Shown here: positions 51,954 to 64,000 of the stretch, in pieces
Layout: the number at the start of each line of letters is the position of its first letter
How positions within the stretch are numbered: position 1 is the first letter of the stretch
Source of the DNA: Heterodontus francisci
Taxonomy: Eukaryota
Reading direction: 5' to 3'
DNA: 64,000 bases
NCBI RefSeq assembly: GCF_036365525.1
Contig: NC_090397.1
Location: forward strand, 33,795,679 to 33,859,678
Made by a program: the position numbers and the translations under genes
The notes under the pieces: generated by a model
Database searches by the model: none
The model's input: the letters and a program-made list of their open reading frames with translations, nothing else
What the model was told of the DNA's origin: nothing

Positions 51954-53950
51954 AAGAGGAGTTCCCTGATGAGGACTTTCCGTACTTTGGTCTTCGCTCT
52001 TAGACAGGCAAGGTTGAAAAACCTGCCCCCTGATCTTGTGTGGAGGAAAATTCCTTCTTCTGAAGACTTGAACGCATGTGAGAGCAGCTGGGAGAAGAAA
52101 ATCCCAAACAGTGTGGGTGCGAGAACACAGCCCTGTTTCACGCCACTCAGGATAGGAAAGGGGTCTGATGAGGAGCCACCATGTTGAATTGTGCCTTTCA
52201 TATTGTCATGGAATGAGGTGATGATACTTAGTAACTTTGGTGGACGTCCGATCTTTTCTAGTAGTCTGAAGAGACCACGTCTGCTGACGAGGTCAAAGGC
52301 TTTGGTGAGATCAATGAAAGCAACATAGAGGGGCATCTGTTGTTCGTGGCATTTCTCCTGTATCTGACGAAAGGAGAACAGCATGTCAATGGTCGATCTC
52401 TCTGTTTGAAAGCCACACTGTGCCTCAGGGTGATGCGCTCGGCCAGCTTCTGGAGCCTGTTTGAAGCGACTCGAGCAAAGACTTTCCCCACTATGCTGAG
52501 CAGGGAGATTCCACGGTAGTTGTTGCAGTCACCGCGGTCGTCTTTGTTTTTATAGAGGGTGATGATATTGGCATCGCGCATGTCCTGAGGTACTGCTCCC
52601 TCGTCCCAGCACAGGCAAAGCAGTTCATGGAGTGCTGAGAGTATAGCAGGCCTGGCATTCTTGATTATTTCAGGGGTAATGCCGTCCTTCCCAGGGGCTT
52701 TTCCGCTGGCTAGAGAATCAATGGCATCACTGAGTTCCGATCTTGTTGGCTGTATGTCCAGCTCATCCATGACTGGTAGAGGCTGGGCTGCATTGAGGGC
52801 AGTCTCAGTGACAACATTCTCCCTGGAGTACAGTTCGAGGTAGTGCTCAACACAGCGGTCCATTTGCTTGCGTTGGTCAGTGATTGTGTCCCCTGATTTA
52901 GATTTGTGGGGGGCGATCTTCTTGATGGTTGGCCCAAAAGCTCTCTTAATGCCATCATACATTCCTCTGATGTTTCCGGTGTCTGAGGCCAGCTGAATAT
53001 GACTGCATAGGTGTTGCCAGTAGTCATTTGCGCAGCGCCTGGCTGTTCTTTGTGCAGTGCTTCTGGCTGCTTTAAGTGCTATGGAAGTTAACTCGCTGGG
53101 GGCTTTCTTGTAGTTCAACAGTGCAATGCGCTTAGCGGCTATGACAGGTTCCTGCTGTTCAAAATGAGATTGAAACCAGTCTGCATTTCTCTTCACACGT
53201 TTGCCATAGGTGGTCAAAGCTGACTCATAGATGGCGTCTCTGATGTGGGCCCACTTGGTCTCAGCATCCCCTGTGGGAGTGTTTTGAAGGGCTTTTACAA
53301 GTGAATTTAGAAATGCTGCTTTAACATCTCACACTGAAGAGTGTCTGCAGAGTCTCATCGACAGGTTTGCGGCTGCCTGCAATGAATTTGGCATAACCAT
53401 CGGCCTCAAGAAAACGAACATCATGGGGCAGGACGTCAGAAATGCTCCATCCATCAATATTGGCGACCACGCTCTGGAAATGGTTCAAGAGTTCACCTAC
53501 CTAGGCTCAACTATCACCAGTAACCTGTCTCTAGATGCAGAAATCAACAAGCGCATGGGAAAGGCTTCCACTGCTATGTCCAGACTGGCCAAGAGAGTGT
53601 GGGAAAATGGCGCACTGACACGGAACACAAAAGTCCGAGAGTATCAGGCCTGTGTCCTCAGTACCTTGCTCTATGGCAGCGAGGCCTGGACAACGTATGT
53701 CAGCCAAGAGCGATGGCTCAATTCATTCCATCTTCGCTGCCTCCGGAAAATCCTTGGCATCAGGTGGCAGGACCGTATCTCCAACACAGAAGTCCTCGAG
53801 GCGGCCAACAATTTTTCTGCAACACCTGTGGAAGAGCCTGTCACTCTAGAATTGGCCTTTATAGCCACTCCAGGCGTTGCTCCACAAACCACTGACCACC
53901 TCCAGGCGCTTACCCATTGTCTCTCGAGACAAGGAGGCCAAAGAAGAAGA
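51954..53950 (+). mobile_element. RTE-clade LINE with 5' inversion
   Basis: Inverted segment 51954-53312 (NYRGISLLS, FIDLTKAFD, GVKQGCVLAP), forward 3' segment 53313-53950, (GAA)n tail, 14-bp TSD AGTGCCACACAGCA. Confidence 0.92.
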
Positions 53951-55029
53951 AGTGCCACACAGCACGATGGTGGGTATCGTCAATGTGAAGACAGAACTTT
54001 GTCTCCACAAGGACTGTGCGGTGGTCACTCCTACCAATACTGTCTTAGACAGATACATTTATGACAGGTAGGTTTTTCCCTTTTGTTGGTTCCCTCACCA
54101 TCTGCCGCAGACCCCATCTAGCAGCTATGTCCTTTAGGACTCAGCCTGTAGTGGTGCTACCGAGTCACTCTTGGTGAAGGACGTTGACGTCCCCCACCCA
54201 GAATACATTCTGCGTCCTTGCTACCTTTAGTGCTTCTTCCAATTGATGTTCAACATGGAGAAGCACTGATTCATCAACCGAGGGGTTGGGGGGAGGGGGG
54301 TGCTGCGCAGTAGGTGGTAATCAGCAGGAGGTTTCCTTGCCCATGTTTGACCTGATGCCATGAGACTTCATAGGGTCTAGAGTCAATGTTGAGGACTCCC
54401 AGGGCAACTTCCTCCCGATTGTATACCACTGTGCTGCCACCTCTGGTGAGTTTGTCCTCTTGGTGGGACAGGACATACCCAGGGATAGTGGTGATGGTGT
54501 CAGGGACAATGTCTGTAAGGTATGATTCCGTGAGAATGATTGTCAGGCTGTCGCTTGACCGGTCTGTGGGACAGCTGTCCTAATTTTGGCACAAGCTCCC
54601 AGAAGGACTTTGCAGGGTCGACAAGGCTGGGTTTGCCATTGTCATTTCCGATGCCTTGGTCGATGCCAGGTGGTCCATCCGGTTTCATTCCTTCTCTTAC
54701 ACTTTGGTTTAATACAACTGAGTGACTTGCTAGGCCATTTCACAGGGCGGTTAAGAGTCAATCACATTACTGTGAGTCTGGAGTCACATGTAAGCCAGAT
54801 CAGGGAAGGATGTCAGAATTCCTTCCCTAAATGACATTCGTGAATCAGATGGGTTTTTATGACAGTCGACAATGGTTTCATGGGAAGCATTAGACTAGCG
54901 TTTAATTCCAGATTTATTAATTGAATTCAAATTTCATTTGGTGGGATTCAAACCCATGTCCCTAGAGCATGAGCCTAGGCATCCGGATTACTAGTCTAGT
55001 GGCATTACCACTACGCCACCTCCGCCTCC

Positions 55030-55350
55030 TGCTGTAGTCTATATTGTGAAGCTGTTCCCACAATGCTGTTAGTGTAGTTTGATACAACTGATACAATAGG
55101 CTTGCTAGGCCACTTGAAAAAAAAGGTTATAGCCAACCACCAGGAGTGTAGACTAGGTAAGGATGGCAGGTTTCCTTTCCTAAAGTACATTATTGAACCA
55201 GTTCGGTGTTTATGACACCAGTTTTTTATTCTTAGATTTTTTGAACTGAATTAAAATTCTGAAATTGCTATTTGAACTCAGTTTGTTATATTATTCATTC
55301 AGGCCTCTTGATTAATAGTCCAGTAACATAACCACTATGCTACTATATCC
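55030..55350 (-). mobile_element. older tRNA-headed short element sharing its ends with the 45391-55025 LINE (3' end at 45320-45390)
   Basis: Aligns by eye to both the LINE 5' region (54710-55020) and the LINE 3' UTR. Confidence 0.6.
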
Positions 55351-56264
55351 ACTGGGATATTTAAGAATAAGTTCCTCTCAAGTGATTGTAGATTGGGAAA
55401 AGTCCATTAAAGGTAATGGTATACTAAATATAATGAAGGAGCAGGTGTGATGTGTTATAGGTGTTTTCCCATTCCATAGTGCTTTATGTTCTCATATTGT
55501 GGAGAATACAACAATAAAATGAAGGGTAGGGTGAGATTTATCCTCTGTAAAATATAAAGATCTAAATTTAAATGTGCACCGTGTGACTTATGTTGGAAGT
55601 TGGGAGATCCTGCTGTTCAGAATGGGTTGTGGGTTTTGAAGTTTGATACTAGAGTCACAAGCATAGCTTCAGATTATAGTCTCTGTCACTTATCAAGGAG
55701 AGAATCATATTAATTAAAAATAACAGGAGCAAAAGAAGGTGGCTTAGTTAAAAGGAATATAGACATAAAACACAAGGAGTGAGATCCAAGGTTTACTGGC
55801 TCAAGTCATTTAGCAGCTATCTGGTGTTTAATTCTTCTTCAATCATCCACTTGACTACAGAATTGGCAAGGATAAATGAGTCATTTGGATTGCTAGAGAA
55901 ATAGGGCAATAAGCATAAATATCTGTAATCATACTATTTATATACAGTACCTGCACATTACAACAAAAAGGAATGCATACATGTTCAAAGCAGGTTGGTG
56001 ATAGATTTACTTGGTATGTTAGAACTCTCAGGCCATATGAAGCCTTTCATTCTCTGCAGCTACTGCGGAGTTGTTGGGAAGCAGATGGAATGAGGAATTT
56101 TCCTGAGCTAAGTAGAAGTGACTTGAGAAATGTTAAATGATAGCTACAATTTCTCCATCCATTGTTTGGGCAAGAACTTAATTTATATCGACATCATAGT
56201 GAGACATCCCAAGGCACCTTGTCAGGATATCAAGTAACAATAGGCAAAAATTGGGGGTGATGAC

Positions 56265-59200
56265 TGTAACATTACTTGTTCCTTTGGTATGTGGCCTATT
56301 TTAAGACTCACAGGACTACAAGTAATATCCAAAGAAAATGTGGGTTTTATTACACTTTAACTGGAACATAAATATATATATATATATGCATACAGCTATT
56401 GCATGAGCTACATCTAAACATGTCTCACTCTATCGGGCTCCACCCATAACTAACTGGTCATGTGTGACACAACATCACTTCCTCTGATGATCTTCACTTA
56501 CAGCTTCTTAAGGTTGTCCTGCAACATTCCCCTATATTCCAAAGATAAAAACGCATGTGCAAAAATCAATGATGTTGCAGTTTGTCCTAACTATACATGA
56601 TTAAAACAAAATGTTATTTACAGGTAAGCAAATTTAACAATTTTAAAATGTACAGGAGGTTTGTTTATTCATCTCAATCTGGTTATCATAAACCTCTTCC
56701 CTTGTTTAGAAAGCTTAGAAAAACGATGACTGGCAACATCATCAATCACTGGCAATTCCTTTGGCCTCTGGGTTATTGCTACAACAAACTGAATTCCAAG
56801 GAGAGACGCCCAGTCATATTGCCTCATTGTGTCAAGACTCCCAGGCTTTGTGTCAAACTTCACATGGACTGACCAGATACACTCGACCTGGGTACTGCCT
56901 ACCATCTTCAGTGCGTTACTAAATTCATGTGTTGTGACGATTCGTAAACCTCGGCGTACTGGAAGCCCTGCAACAGCTGATCCTGTTGTGTCTATAATAT
57001 AAAAAATCTGTGGTAGCCATTCAGGATTCCCATAGCTGCATTGTAAGGTTACTGTTCCAATGCACTTGAATGGAGAACCATTGCAGGCAGTCAGCCTAGT
57101 CATGGTTTGTTGCACCATAGATTTCCATTTCTTTAGATACATATCTTTCAATATACTGATGGGCAGAATATTTGCATTTGCTCTGGTATCCATTTTTACT
57201 CTAAGCTTATGCTTGCTACTGTTCTGCGGACATATAATCCCAATCATGGTGAATACCTCCGATTGCGTGATAGCACTGACATGTTGATCCAAGTTGTCTA
57301 TGTGGAATGCTTGCTCACTGTTCGCACGAGTCCACTCTTCACCCATGTCCTCCTGACCATCTGTCTCTCTGCTGACCTCGTGTACCTGCTTGGGCTTTTG
57401 TTGTGTGTTGGCATACCTTTTGTTGGTGAGGTCCTGGAGGACTGGAGAACTGCTAATGTTGTCCCCTTGTTTAAGAAGGGTAGCAGGGATAATCCAGGTA
57501 ATTATAGACCGGTGAGCCTGACGTCAGTGGTAGAGAAGCTGCTGGAGAAGATACTGAGGGATAGGATCTATTCCCATTTGGAAGGAAATGGGCTTATCAG
57601 TGATAGGCAACATGGTTTTGTGCAGGGAAGGTCATGTCTTACCAACTTAATAGAATTCTTTGAGGAAGTGACAAAGTTGATTGATGAGGGAAGGGCTGTA
57701 GATGTCATATACATGGACTTCTGTAAGGCGTTTGATAAGGTTCCCCATGGTAGGTTGATGGAGAAAGTGAAGTCACATGGGGTCCAGGGTGTACTAGCTA
57801 GATGGATAAAGAACTGGCTGGGCAACAGGAGACAGAGAGTAGCAGTGGAAGGGAGTTTCTCAAAATGGAGACGTGTGACCAGTGGTGTTCCACAGGGATC
57901 CGTGCTGGGACCACTGTTGTTTGTGATAATACATAAATGATTTGGAGGAAGGTATAGGTGGTCTGATTAGCAAGTTTGCAGACGACACTAAGATTGGTGG
58001 AGTAGCAGATTGTGAAGGGGACTGTCAGAGAATACAGCAGAATATAGATAGATTGGAGATTTGGGCAGAGAAATGGCAGATGGAGTTCAATCCGGGCAAA
58101 TGCGAGGTGATGCATTTTGGAAGATCCAATTCAAGAGTGAACTATACAATAAATGGAAAAGTCCTGGGGGAAATTGATGTACAAATTTGGGTGTTCAGGT
58201 CCATTGTTCCCTGAAGGTGGCAACGCAGGTCAATAGAGTGGTCAAGAAGGCATACGGCATGCTTTCCTTCATCGGACGGGGTATTGAGTACAAGAGTTGG
58301 CAGGTCATGTTACAGTTGTATAAGACTTTGGTTCGGCCACATTTGGAATACTGCGTGAAGTTCTGGTCGCCGCATTACCAAAAGGATGTAGATGCTTTGG
58401 AGAGGGTGCAGAGGAGGTTCACCAGGATGTTGCCTGGTATGGAGGGCGCTAGCTATGAAGAGAGGTTGAGTAGATTAGGCTTATTTTCATTCGAAAGACG
58501 GAGGTTGAGGGGGGACCTGATTGAGGTGTACAAAATCATGAGAGGTATAGACAGGGTGGATAGCAAGAAGCTTTTTCCCAGAGTGGGGGATTCAATTACT
58601 AGGGGTCATGAGTTCAAATTGAGAGGGGAAAAGTTTAGGGGGGATATGCATGGAAAGTTCTTTACGCAGAGCGTGGTGGGTGCCTGGAACGCGTTGCCAG
58701 CGGAGGTGGTAGACGCGGGCACGATAGCGTCTTTTAAGATGTATCTAGACAGATACATGAATGGGCAGGAAGCAAAGAGATACAGACGCTTAGAAAATAG
58801 GCGACAGGTTTAGATAGAGGATCTGGATCGGCGCAGGCTTGGAGGAACGAAGGGCCTGTTCCTGTGCTGTAATTTTCTTTGTTCTTTCTTTGTTCTTTAT
58901 TGCATTTGCCATCCTGTCTTGCAGACGTTCTCTCATGTGTTCTGCCACCATTCCTGTGTGCAGTATCTGAGCTCGGCCTTCTGCACTGCCTTGCGCAATG
59001 TCATCATATGGCACAAGCTTTGCACTGGTCCTGGTATGTCAGACAACTGTGAATTGGGCGAGTCAGGCCACATTTGCCACAAGGCTTATTGGATCTCTGA
59101 GCCTTGATTACCATACCAATTGTTGTAGCTGCCCCCAATACTTGTAACTGTTGTCTCCCAGCCATGATAACTTCAAATTTCCTTCCATCATTAAGTACTG

Positions 59201-60482
59201 CATCTATGGTGTGCTCTTTCTTCTTTTCTAGCAGGTCTTTGTGATTGGGGTAGATGCGGTTACAAGTTCTATGAGCCATGCTGTCAATTTGATATCTGCG
59301 AAGTCACAATATTGAGCTTTGTCTCGGCACCCTGCAACAAACTGGTCAATGGACTCATCTTGCCTTTTTCAGTAGATCATAAGCTCAAGCCTATGTAGTC
59401 AGAAATTTACCTTCAGTTTGAATTGCTGCTCCAGGAATGCCCATATCTTGTTTGAGTCCTACTGATCCTCAGCCGACAATCCTGACGTATTGATCCATTG
59501 GAGGCCCTCGTTGCCCAGTGCAATCTTAGTTTTGGTAGCTTGTTTCTCTGGTTTGCTCACTTCTTGATCCAGTAAACAAAGTTCCATTCACTGCGGGAAC
59601 ATTTTAAATTCAAATGTTATGTCCGACACCTTCCAATCTATAACTGGATATCTGAAAGCCATTGTCTTAATGAACCTGATTTTTAAATAAATACAGGCTT
59701 TTGCACAGGTTTTCTTTTTCACAGGCAAACTTAGTTCTGTTTCCTTTTTAAGACAGATTCATTTTTGCTGACCTGCCTCTTTTAAGAGTGCAAGACTGCA
59801 GCTTTTGTTATTTACACAACTTGATTCTTTTTAAATCGAGAGATCAGCTTTTAATCGACACAGCTGTTCAACTATATTCAAACTGCAAGCTATCTTTTTT
59901 TAAACGGAAGTTTTTTTTTTAAGAGGGCTGGTTGTTGCAGTATCAGCAGCTGCAACAACCAGCCTTTTACTTTGTACTGAACCTCCAGTGGCGCTGTTGA
60001 GCTCATCCCGCACCTTTTGGCTTAGGCCCTGCCCACGACTCAAAAAAAACACCCAGGTTAACTAAAACAATAATGGCTTCAGCTACTGCTTTTCAAATAT
60101 TTTCACGCACTGCCAGACCAGCTCAAAGCTCCAATCTCCTGGCAAATTGCTTGCTGTACTCAAAGCTTCAACATCTCCTGGGATCTGTATGCACTGTCTG
60201 CCTGTTATAGGGTTTCCTGTCAGCTGCTCTCCAGGGTCTTCAGCCACTCCAGATAGGCACTCGGCTGTTCTTTGTTCTCTCTGTGTGTTCTTCAGAAAAA
60301 AACAAATGTTGCCACGATGTAATATTTGGTGATCTTCATAAAAAGTATATCCCAGACATTACTATCATGTAACATTACTTGTTCCTTTGCTGCATGATCA
60401 ATTGTAGGACTCACAGGACTACAAGTAATTTCCAAAGAAAACATGGTTTTATTGTACTTTAACTGGAACATATATATATAAA
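56265..60482 (-). mobile_element. internally deleted Gypsy/Ty3-type LTR retrotransposon
   Basis: LTRs at 56265-56526 and 60368 to about 60482 (truncated), PPT AGGGGAA, decayed gag with a Cys knuckle, protease VKMDTRANANILP; no RT or integrase core seen. Confidence 0.8.
57424..58897 (+). mobile_element. CR1 3' half, same subfamily as 7903-11627, inserted in the Gypsy element
   Basis: Near-identical RT and tail to 10207-11627. Confidence 0.95.
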
Positions 60483-60487
60483 TACAA

Positions 60488-61372
60488 ATGATTTATACAG
60501 TTCCAGCATAACCTCCCTGTTCTTATATTCTATACTTCGGCTAATAAAGGAAAGGATTCCATATGCCTTCTTAACCATCTTATCGACCTGTCCTGCTACC
60601 TTCAGGGATCTGTGACATTTACTCCAAGGTCCCTCACTTCCTCCACACCTCTCAATATTTTCCCATGAGTCGTGCATTCCTTTGCCTTGTTTGACCTTCC
60701 CAAATGCATCACCTCACAGAGGTACAACGATAGCAGTTCTCCAATCCTTGGGCATCACACCTGCATCCAGTGAGAACTGGAAAATGATGGTCAGACCTTC
60801 CGTTATTTCCTCTCTTGCTTCTTTTAATAGCCTGGGTACATTTCATCTGGCCCTGGTGATTTATCAACTTTCAAGGATGCTAATCCCATTAATACGTTCT
60901 CTCTCTCTATGTTGATCACATCCAATACTTCACACTCCTCTTCCTTAACTACAATATCTGCATTGTACCCCTCTTTTGTGAAGATAGACGCAAAGTATTC
61001 ATTAAGAACAATACCAACATGTTCCGCCCCTTCACATAGGTTACCTTTTTGGCCTTTTATGGGCCCTACTCTTTCCTTAGTTATCCTCTTACTCTTAATG
61101 CACTGATAAACATTTTTGAGTTCACCTGATTTTGCTTGCCAATATTCTTTCATGCCCTCTCTTAGCTTTCCTAATTTCCTTTTGGATTTCACCCCTCCAC
61201 TTTCCATACTCGTCTCGGCTTTCTGTAGTATTGAGTTCTGTGTCGGTCATAAGCTTTCCTTTTCACCTTATCTTATCCTGTAAGCTCTAGATTTGGCTAT
61301 CCCACCCTTTTTCTTTGTGGGAACATGTTTACTCTGAACCCCTTGAATCTCCCCTTTGAATGCCTCCCACTG
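60488..61372 (-). mobile_element. CR1 ORF2 fragments with internal deletion
   Basis: LNEYFASIFT, KVDKSPGPD, KKAYGILSFI. Confidence 0.85.
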
Positions 61373-63177
61373 TAAGGATGTAGCTGGGGCGAATAAATTG
61401 GAATCAAAAGTTGGCAGGAAAACTGGTAGATGAACCATGGGCGACCTTCAAAGAAAAGATAGTTTGGGCACAGTCAAGGTATGTTCCCTCGAAGGGGAAA
61501 AGTAGAACAAACAAATCCAGAGCTCCCTGGATGACGAAAGAGGTAGAAATTAAGATAAAGAAGAAAAAGGTGTGCTTATGACAGATGCCAGCTAGAAAAT
61601 ACTATTGAGAATCAGGCTGAATATAGAAGGTCCATAGACGAAGTGAAAAAGAAAATAAGAGAAGCAAAGAGAGAACATGAAAAGAGACTGGCAGCTAGCA
61701 TTAAAGGAAATCCCAAAGTTTTCTTCAGGCATATAAATAGTAAAAGGATGGTAAAAGGAGGAGTGGGGCTGATTAGGGACCAGAAAGGGGATTTACTTAT
61801 GGAGGCAGAGGGCACAGGTAAGGTATGAAATGAAGATGCAACTCAGGAAATGTTGAAAGAGGAGGTAAGTCAGACACTAGATGGGTTTAAAATTGATAAA
61901 GAGGAAATATTAGATAGGCTATCTGTACTTAAAGTGGATAAAGCACCAGGACCAAATGAGATGCATCCAAGGATACTGAGGGAAGTGAGGGTGGAAATCG
62001 CAGAGGCATTGGCCATAAGTATTCAGTCTTCCTTAGACTCAGGGGTGGTACCAGAGGACATGAGAATTGCAAACATTACACTCTTGTTCAAAAAAGGGTG
62101 TAACGATAAGTCCAGCAACTGCAAGCCTGTCAGTTTAACTTTGGTGGTGGGTAAGCTTCTAGAAAAAAATAATTCGGAACAAAATCAATAGTCACACTGG
62201 CAAATGCAAGTTAATTAAGGAAAACCAGCATGGATTTCTTAAGGGAAAATCATGTTTAACTAACTTGCTGGAGTTTTTGAAGAGGTAACAGAGGGTTGAT
62301 GAGAGCAATGCTGTTGATGTGGTGTACATGGACTTTCAAAAGGCGCTTGATACAGTCCCACACAACAGACTTGTGAGCAAACTTGTAACTCATGGAATAA
62401 AAGGGATGGTAGCAACATGGATATGAAATTGGCTGAGTGACATGAAACAAAGAGTTGCGGTTAACGGATGTTTTTCGGGCTGGAGGAAGGTTTGTAGTGG
62501 AGTTCCCCAGGGATCAGTGTTGGGACCCTTGCTTTTCCTGATATATATTAATGACCTAGACCTTGGTGTACAGGGCACAATTTAAAAGTTTGCAGATGAT
62601 ACGAAACTTGGAAGCATTGTGAACTGAGGAGAATAGTATAGGACTTAAAAAGGACATAGACCAGTTGGTGGAATGGGCAGACAGGTGGCAGATGAAGTTC
62701 AATGCAGAGAAGTGTGAAGTGATTAATTTTGGTAGGAAGAACATGGAGAGACAATATAGAATAAAGGGTACAATTCTAAAGGGGGTGCAGGAGTAGAGGG
62801 ACCTAGTTGTACATGTGCATAAGTAATTGAAGGTGGCAGGACAGATTGAGAGAGCGATTCATAAAGTATGCAGTATCCTGGGCTTTATCAATAGGGGCTT
62901 AGAGTACAAGAGTAAGGAAATTATGTTGAACTTGTATAAGACACTAGCTCGGCCTCAGCTGGAGTATTGTGTCCAATTCTGGGCAAGGCACTTGAGGAAA
63001 GACTTAAAGGCATTGGAGAGAGTACAGAAAAGATTCACAAGAATGGTTCCAGGGATGAGGAATTCAGTTATTCAGATAGATTAGAGAAGTTAGGGCTGTT
63101 TTCCTTGGCGAAGAGAATGCTGAGAGGTGATTTGATAGAGGTATTCAAAATCATGAGGGGTGTGGACAGAGAGAAAC
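61373..63177 (+). mobile_element. decayed CR1 ORF2
   Basis: [50 protein letters not shown]. Confidence 0.9.
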
Positions 63178-63250
63178 TTTTTATTTATTTTATTTAGAGA
63201 GACAGCACTGAAGCAGGCCCTTCGGCCCACCGAGTCTGTGCCAACCAACA
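63178..63250 (-). mobile_element. 3' tail fragment of a HE1-like SINE or its partner LINE
   Basis: Matches 46358-46425. Confidence 0.75.
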
Positions 63251-64000
63251 GGCCAGTTATATTGAAGGTTTTCCGTTAATAGAAAATGATTTGGAGTTTT
63301 GCAAAAATCTAACCTATGTTGTACAACTCTGAAGTACAATTGACCACAAGGAATCTGGCGAGCAGTATGAAGCCACCTTTAGAAGGTAGTCTCACATTGT
63401 TTTGACTCCACACCCCACATTATAGGAGTAACGTTTTTGACTTTATGCCTCCAGTAGAGAGCCTTGCCTACCAACATTGCAAACATTAGTACATACTGTA
63501 CACAGTTTTATCATCATTTAAAATGATGGGCAGAATCTCCAAAATGTTGTGGCAGTGGGCAAGTCTTTATGTTGGAAGCTCAAAATTAGAAAATTGCCCC
63601 CAAAAGTGCAACTGGGTGAACATTTAATCAATACATTTCACAAATAGTTAGCTCTCTCTGGCTGATCGGAAAGCAGTACAGACCCAATAGCATAGCTTGT
63701 AACAACTGCTTCACTATAATGAGGCACTGGTCTCAAACTCATACAGTTAGACATGGTTAAATGATGCATTAAAGATATAGGACCTGAGATTGCTGCACTG
63801 TTAGAATTGAGACAGACGGAAATTCCACCTGCCTTCAGGTCATGGGAGTGTCCTTGTGTGATTATGGCCTACAATATGTCAGATACACCGGGGTGAGGGA
63901 GGAGTTAAACCACAAATGGAGGAGGGACTGAGGAAAGAGGACCATGGCTCGAGGGAAGGGGGCTAATAAAAGGGTTTGTGGATGGGAGGTGGTGGGGGTC

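Larger units (their letters stand above)
45391..55025 (-). mobile_element. CR1-group (L2/Crack-like) LINE, near full length, host of nested insertions
   Basis: (TGAA)n tail; RT motifs ALDIKAAFDREWHQG and GPDNIPAIVLK; APE N-terminus near 54600. Pieces lie at 45391-46357, 46699-46775, 50814-51953 and 53951-55025. Confidence 0.85.

Noticed and set aside
54940-55020. tRNA gene
   Set aside because: Only A/B-box similarity, with no convincing cloverleaf; it is a retroelement head.
57209-57940. 243-aa ORF with a hydrophobic N-terminus fused to RT
   Set aside because: Chance read-through from the antisense strand of Gypsy gag/pro into an inserted CR1; not a gene.
60488-63177. Head-to-head CR1 pieces as a single inverted insertion
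   Set aside because: The two pieces cover overlapping ORF2 regions and differ in sequence, so they are separate elements.

Overview
This is eukaryotic vertebrate DNA, most likely from a cartilaginous fish. That call is inferred from a HE1/V-SINE, a Deu-domain SINE and the CR1/Penelope/Harbinger repertoire. The window is intronic or intergenic and dominated by decayed, nested transposable elements. These include esterase-ORF1 CR1 LINEs, a Penelope element, several PIF/Harbinger DNA transposons, a Tx1-type L1 3' end, an RTE LINE, a CR1-group LINE, solo LTRs, a deleted Gypsy-type element, SINEs and L2 remnants. No intact host gene was identified; only a few weak exon candidates exist. The most notable observations are: a decayed JIP3/JIP4 (MAPK8IP3/SPAG9) exon fragment with its splice donor; minimal hammerhead ribozyme motifs with covarying stems in Penelope tails; an ORF1-less LINE with a tRNA-like head that sits inside a short relative sharing both its ends; a twin-priming-type inversion in an RTE element; and a pair of inverted Harbinger copies carrying shared cargo. 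All family calls come from motif recognition by eye, not database searches. Boundaries without a stated TSD or TIR are approximate.
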